From positions 1-27,994 of the IMG/VR virus record IMGVR_UViG_3300020044_000271: DNA of 27,994 nucleotides; one strand, 5' to 3'. This document shows positions 25,184-27,994 of this stretch, piece after piece. Position numbers and translations under genes: made by a program. Numbering within the stretch: position 1 is the stretch's first letter; the number at the start of each line of letters is the position of its first letter. A model generated the notes under the pieces. The model was not told the DNA's origin. It was given only the letters and a program-made list of their open reading frames with translations, and ran no database searches. The stretch comes from a virus. Lineage: Duplodnaviria > Caudoviricetes.

Positions 25184-26710
25184 TCAACTCCCCATCCATG
25201 AGGTTGTAACCGATGCACGATTCTGAGTTAGAACGCGAGAATTTTTGGCATTGTACTCTCTGTGAGCCACAGGGAAAGCAAACGTCACACAGATTGCATC
25301 CGCAGCATCAGGAGAAGCCAAGCCTCTTGCTTTCATGTCCTTCTTTGACTCCAAAAAGATCGTACCCTTTGAATCTGGCTTAATCATAGGCGAAATTAAA
25401 TCAGTTTTCAAGAACCTATCTTTAGGAATACTAGCACTTTTCAACCAATCTTTCATCATGCCCCACATTTCTGCACGTTTGTTGCCCCACATGATTGGAT
25501 TTTTTGACTTGTTGCCAAAGTTAATGCCCTTGATCTTGTAGCGCTGCTCATGCAGCCTGTCAACAATGCCGGCGCCAAGCCCACCCTCGTCGATCACCAC
25601 CAGTGCAGGCTTGAATTCGTCAATCGCCTCAATGATATGCCCCACCACCGTCATGGTGTCATCGCCTCGGTGGCGGTCAATGCGCACAATGTCGCGTCCT
25701 TGTCTGATGGCAATCACCGTGGCATCAGCGCCAAAGCGTGCAGGGTCAACTCCAATGATGATGGGGGCGCTTTGGTCTTTGTATTTCGGGCGATCCATGG
25801 CCTCGTCCACAATGTTCGCCGGAATGAACTGGTCATCGCCTTCTGAGGGAAACATGCCGTAAACCTCAACGTGTGCCTGGGCACTGTCTTGGCCGTACTC
25901 GTCGATGATGCTCTGGTACACCTGTTTGTCAGTCCCTTCTACCGTTCTGGCGTCCACCACCTTGTTTGTCCAGAAGTCGCGCTTGGAGTTAAAGCACTCA
26001 TAAAAGTAGCCAGTGTTACGGCGTGGATTGGAGAACGCCAACCAAAGGCGGTTGGGGGTGTTCTCTGTAAAGAAACCAGCGGTTACAGACCAGATGCTGT
26101 CGTCAATACCGCTGGCCTCATCAAAGATCACCATCACACCGTCGTGGTTGTGGACACCGGCGTAAGAGTCGGGGTTTTCGGCGCTCCAAAGTCTGCCTTC
26201 AACGGCCCAATACCTTGTGCCTTTTCTGAGGTCTTTTTCAACCAGTTCAGTGAGCCAGTTGGCAGGTGCTACTTTGGTGGCACTCACTTCAAACCAGTGG
26301 CTGTTCAGGCTCATGGCCAACCACTTTGTGATCTCGGCCCATGTGACCGCACGCAGCTGGGCTTCGCTGTTGGCAGAGATGATGGTGGTAGAGCCTATGC
26401 GGGTGGATAGCATCCAGATGGTAAGCCATGACACCAGTGCAGACTTGCCAATGCCTCGGCCAGAGGAGACTGCCTGGCGCAGGGTTTCAAAGTCAACCAG
26501 TCCCTTTTGGCGTTTGATGTGGGCTGCAATGTCCCGTAGGACTTCGCGTTGCCATTTGCGTGGGCCTTTGAAGTGCTGCAAGGGCGTGTTTTCTTGGCCC
26601 CAAGGGAATGCAAACAACACAAAGGCTTCAGGATCGTCGGCAATTGCCGGCGTCCACAAGGTGGCCATTAACTCTTGCTCGTCTTCGGGTTTGTAGATCG
26701 TGGTTTGCAT
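25184..26710 (-). CDS. terL: terminase large subunit
   Basis: P..WQ adenine-binding motif, Walker A SGRGIGKS, Walker B VIFDEAS, coupling motif SNP, RNase H-like nuclease IGVDPA / IDEGG / SPDAAD. Confidence 0.95.
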   Translation of the reverse strand: MQTTIYKPEDEQELMATLWTPAIADDPEAFVLFAFPWGQENTPLQHFKGPRKWQREVLRDIAAHIKRQKGLVDFETLRQAVSSGRGIGKSALVSWLTIWMLSTRIGSTTIISANSEAQLRAVTWAEITKWLAMSLNSHWFEVSATKVAPANWLTELVEKDLRKGTRYWAVEGRLWSAENPDSYAGVHNHDGVMVIFDEASGIDDSIWSVTAGFFTENTPNRLWLAFSNPRRNTGYFYECFNSKRDFWTNKVVDARTVEGTDKQVYQSIIDEYGQDSAQAHVEVYGMFPSEGDDQFIPANIVDEAMDRPKYKDQSAPIIIGVDPARFGADATVIAIRQGRDIVRIDRHRGDDTMTVVGHIIEAIDEFKPALVVIDEGGLGAGIVDRLHEQRYKIKGINFGNKSKNPIMWGNKRAEMWGMMKDWLKSASIPKDRFLKTDLISPMIKPDSKGTIFLESKKDMKARGLASPDAADAICVTFAFPVAHREYNAKNSRVLTQNRASVTTSWMGS

Positions 26711-27990
26711 TAAGGATTAGGTTCTGGTTGCTGTAGCAGTGCGTTGACCGGTGGTGACTGCAACAATGCGTTGGGCAGCCTGCTCTCACTCATGCCAAGC
26801 GCAGTGCCACCGGCAGCTGCGCCGCCGTAGTACAACTCACGCCAATCAGAGGGCGCCATCACAGGGTTGGTTGCCTGCGTGTAGCCTGCCTTTTTGTGCG
26901 CCGTCAGGGCGTCTTGCATCTCTGTCCAAGACTGCCTTGGCAGCAATCTGTAATCTGGGTGCGCAAACTCATGCGGCTCCAAGCGCTGGCGGTACACGTC
27001 CCACTTGCGCCATTGCTCTGGAAACAACTCAATCGTCGGGTTCGGGCCACGGGACTCATCTACATAATCCACCACCCGTTTGTAAAACGGGTTGAAGTCT
27101 TGCAATTGCTTTGGCTCATAAGCCAGCTTCTCCGGCGTGGCCACACCAGGGATAGCATTCAATTCACCAGACTTTGTGCGGTACATCTTGGACAGCGAAG
27201 AGCCACCAATCACATCAATTGCAGCCTTTTCTACATCTTTAACAGGCTTGCCCAAAATCGACTCAGTGGTTGGATCTGTCTTTAACTTGCCGGCCATGCG
27301 CTCTCTAAAAGACGCACCAACAATCGGGTCATCCAACATGCGCTCATAAGAGTTTCTGATCATGTGCAAATCAACTGCCGACGTATTGGCCTTCTCCAAG
27401 TTCAACCATGGCGTGCCAAGTGATGCAGTCTTTGGCCCCAAGCCTGGCACTTGATTCATCACCCTCATGGTCACGTCGCGCATAGTCTCCCCTGGCGCCA
27501 TTTGGAACATCTCAGGCTTTTGCAAAATCAACTTGGCCAACATGGCTTGATTGCCCAAGTCAGCCGTGCCAAGCACTCCCATGCCACCGCGGCTAGCAGC
27601 CTGCACACCTGTTTGAAGCTGCGCAGTCTTAGACAAGCCAGGCTCGCCAACCCTGCCGGCCAGCGCTTGCAACTCATCCATGTTCACCAGCCTCATGCGC
27701 TGCGCCAAAAACTCATTGGGCGTTAACGGCGCATTCGGCGACAACAGCGCAAAATTAAGCCTGTTAAACATGTCCACCTGATCAGGGTTTTGCACCTCAT
27801 GCGTCCTGATCAACTTTTGCATCAACGCATCATGCGTCTTCTTAGGCAAAGACGCCGGATCAATGTTGTTGGCCTTCATCCAAAACATGTCAGGCACTGT
27901 AAACGTACCCTCAAGACCGCCAGGTATCTTGACCTCACGCTTAGATGTCAAGTCAGAAACCCCAAGCGACTCAGGCTCAGTTAACGTCAT
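26710..27990 (-). CDS. HhH-GPD DNA glycosylase-like protein (frame open at window edge; may be 5'-partial)
   Basis: LNFALLSPN, HhH VPGLGPKTAS (K187), AVDLH (D207), late helix PEQWRKWD; TAATG overlap with the terL start. Confidence 0.65.
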   Translation of the reverse strand: MTLTEPESLGVSDLTSKREVKIPGGLEGTFTVPDMFWMKANNIDPASLPKKTHDALMQKLIRTHEVQNPDQVDMFNRLNFALLSPNAPLTPNEFLAQRMRLVNMDELQALAGRVGEPGLSKTAQLQTGVQAASRGGMGVLGTADLGNQAMLAKLILQKPEMFQMAPGETMRDVTMRVMNQVPGLGPKTASLGTPWLNLEKANTSAVDLHMIRNSYERMLDDPIVGASFRERMAGKLKTDPTTESILGKPVKDVEKAAIDVIGGSSLSKMYRTKSGELNAIPGVATPEKLAYEPKQLQDFNPFYKRVVDYVDESRGPNPTIELFPEQWRKWDVYRQRLEPHEFAHPDYRLLPRQSWTEMQDALTAHKKAGYTQATNPVMAPSDWRELYYGGAAAGGTALGMSESRLPNALLQSPPVNALLQQPEPNP

Positions 27991-27994
27991 CTTC

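Noticed and set aside
26710-27990. Terminase small subunit call based on position
   Set aside because: Too long (at least 426 aa), lacks the TerS HTH/oligomerisation pattern, and carries HhH-GPD motifs instead.
1-27994. Prophage boundaries, integrase, tRNA, alternative genetic code
   Set aside because: No host genes, att-like junction or tRNA were recognised. Genes tile densely under code 11 with TAA, TAG and TGA all used as stops.

Overview
The whole window is tailed dsDNA phage DNA with a P22-like podovirus gene set. It resembles the uncultured freshwater podoviruses thought to infect Betaproteobacteria, but the host is only inferred. A short + strand early/replication arm (1-2298: 5'-truncated RadD/YejH-like SF2 helicase and four small genes) converges on a ~25.7 kb - strand late arm. 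In transcription order the late arm reads: HhH-GPD glycosylase-like protein (possibly 5'-truncated), TerL, two small basic proteins, portal, Dps/ferritin-like protein, a ~7 kb receptor-binding/fibre cassette, scaffold, coat, two putative capsid accessory proteins, gp4-like adaptor, gp10-like tail hub, a needle-position protein, cupin, three ejection proteins, and a lysis region rich in small membrane proteins ending in a GH24 endolysin. The most notable observations are: (1) an OGG/EndoIII-type glycosylase fold with Lys and Asp at the catalytic positions, translationally coupled to TerL and carrying a C-terminal double-NAL tail like that of the largest ejection protein, so possibly an injected DNA-modifying enzyme; (2) a 4-Cys miniprotein ending in an SSB-tail mimic (DQIPF) that overlaps the RadD-like helicase; (3) a hairpin that occludes the scaffold ribosome-binding site; (4) a ~55-aa domain copied between two structural genes; and (5) several microproteins missed by the ORF track. 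No RNA genes, CRISPR arrays, integrase, reverse transcriptase or IS elements were recognised. All family calls come from motif recognition by eye, not from database searches.
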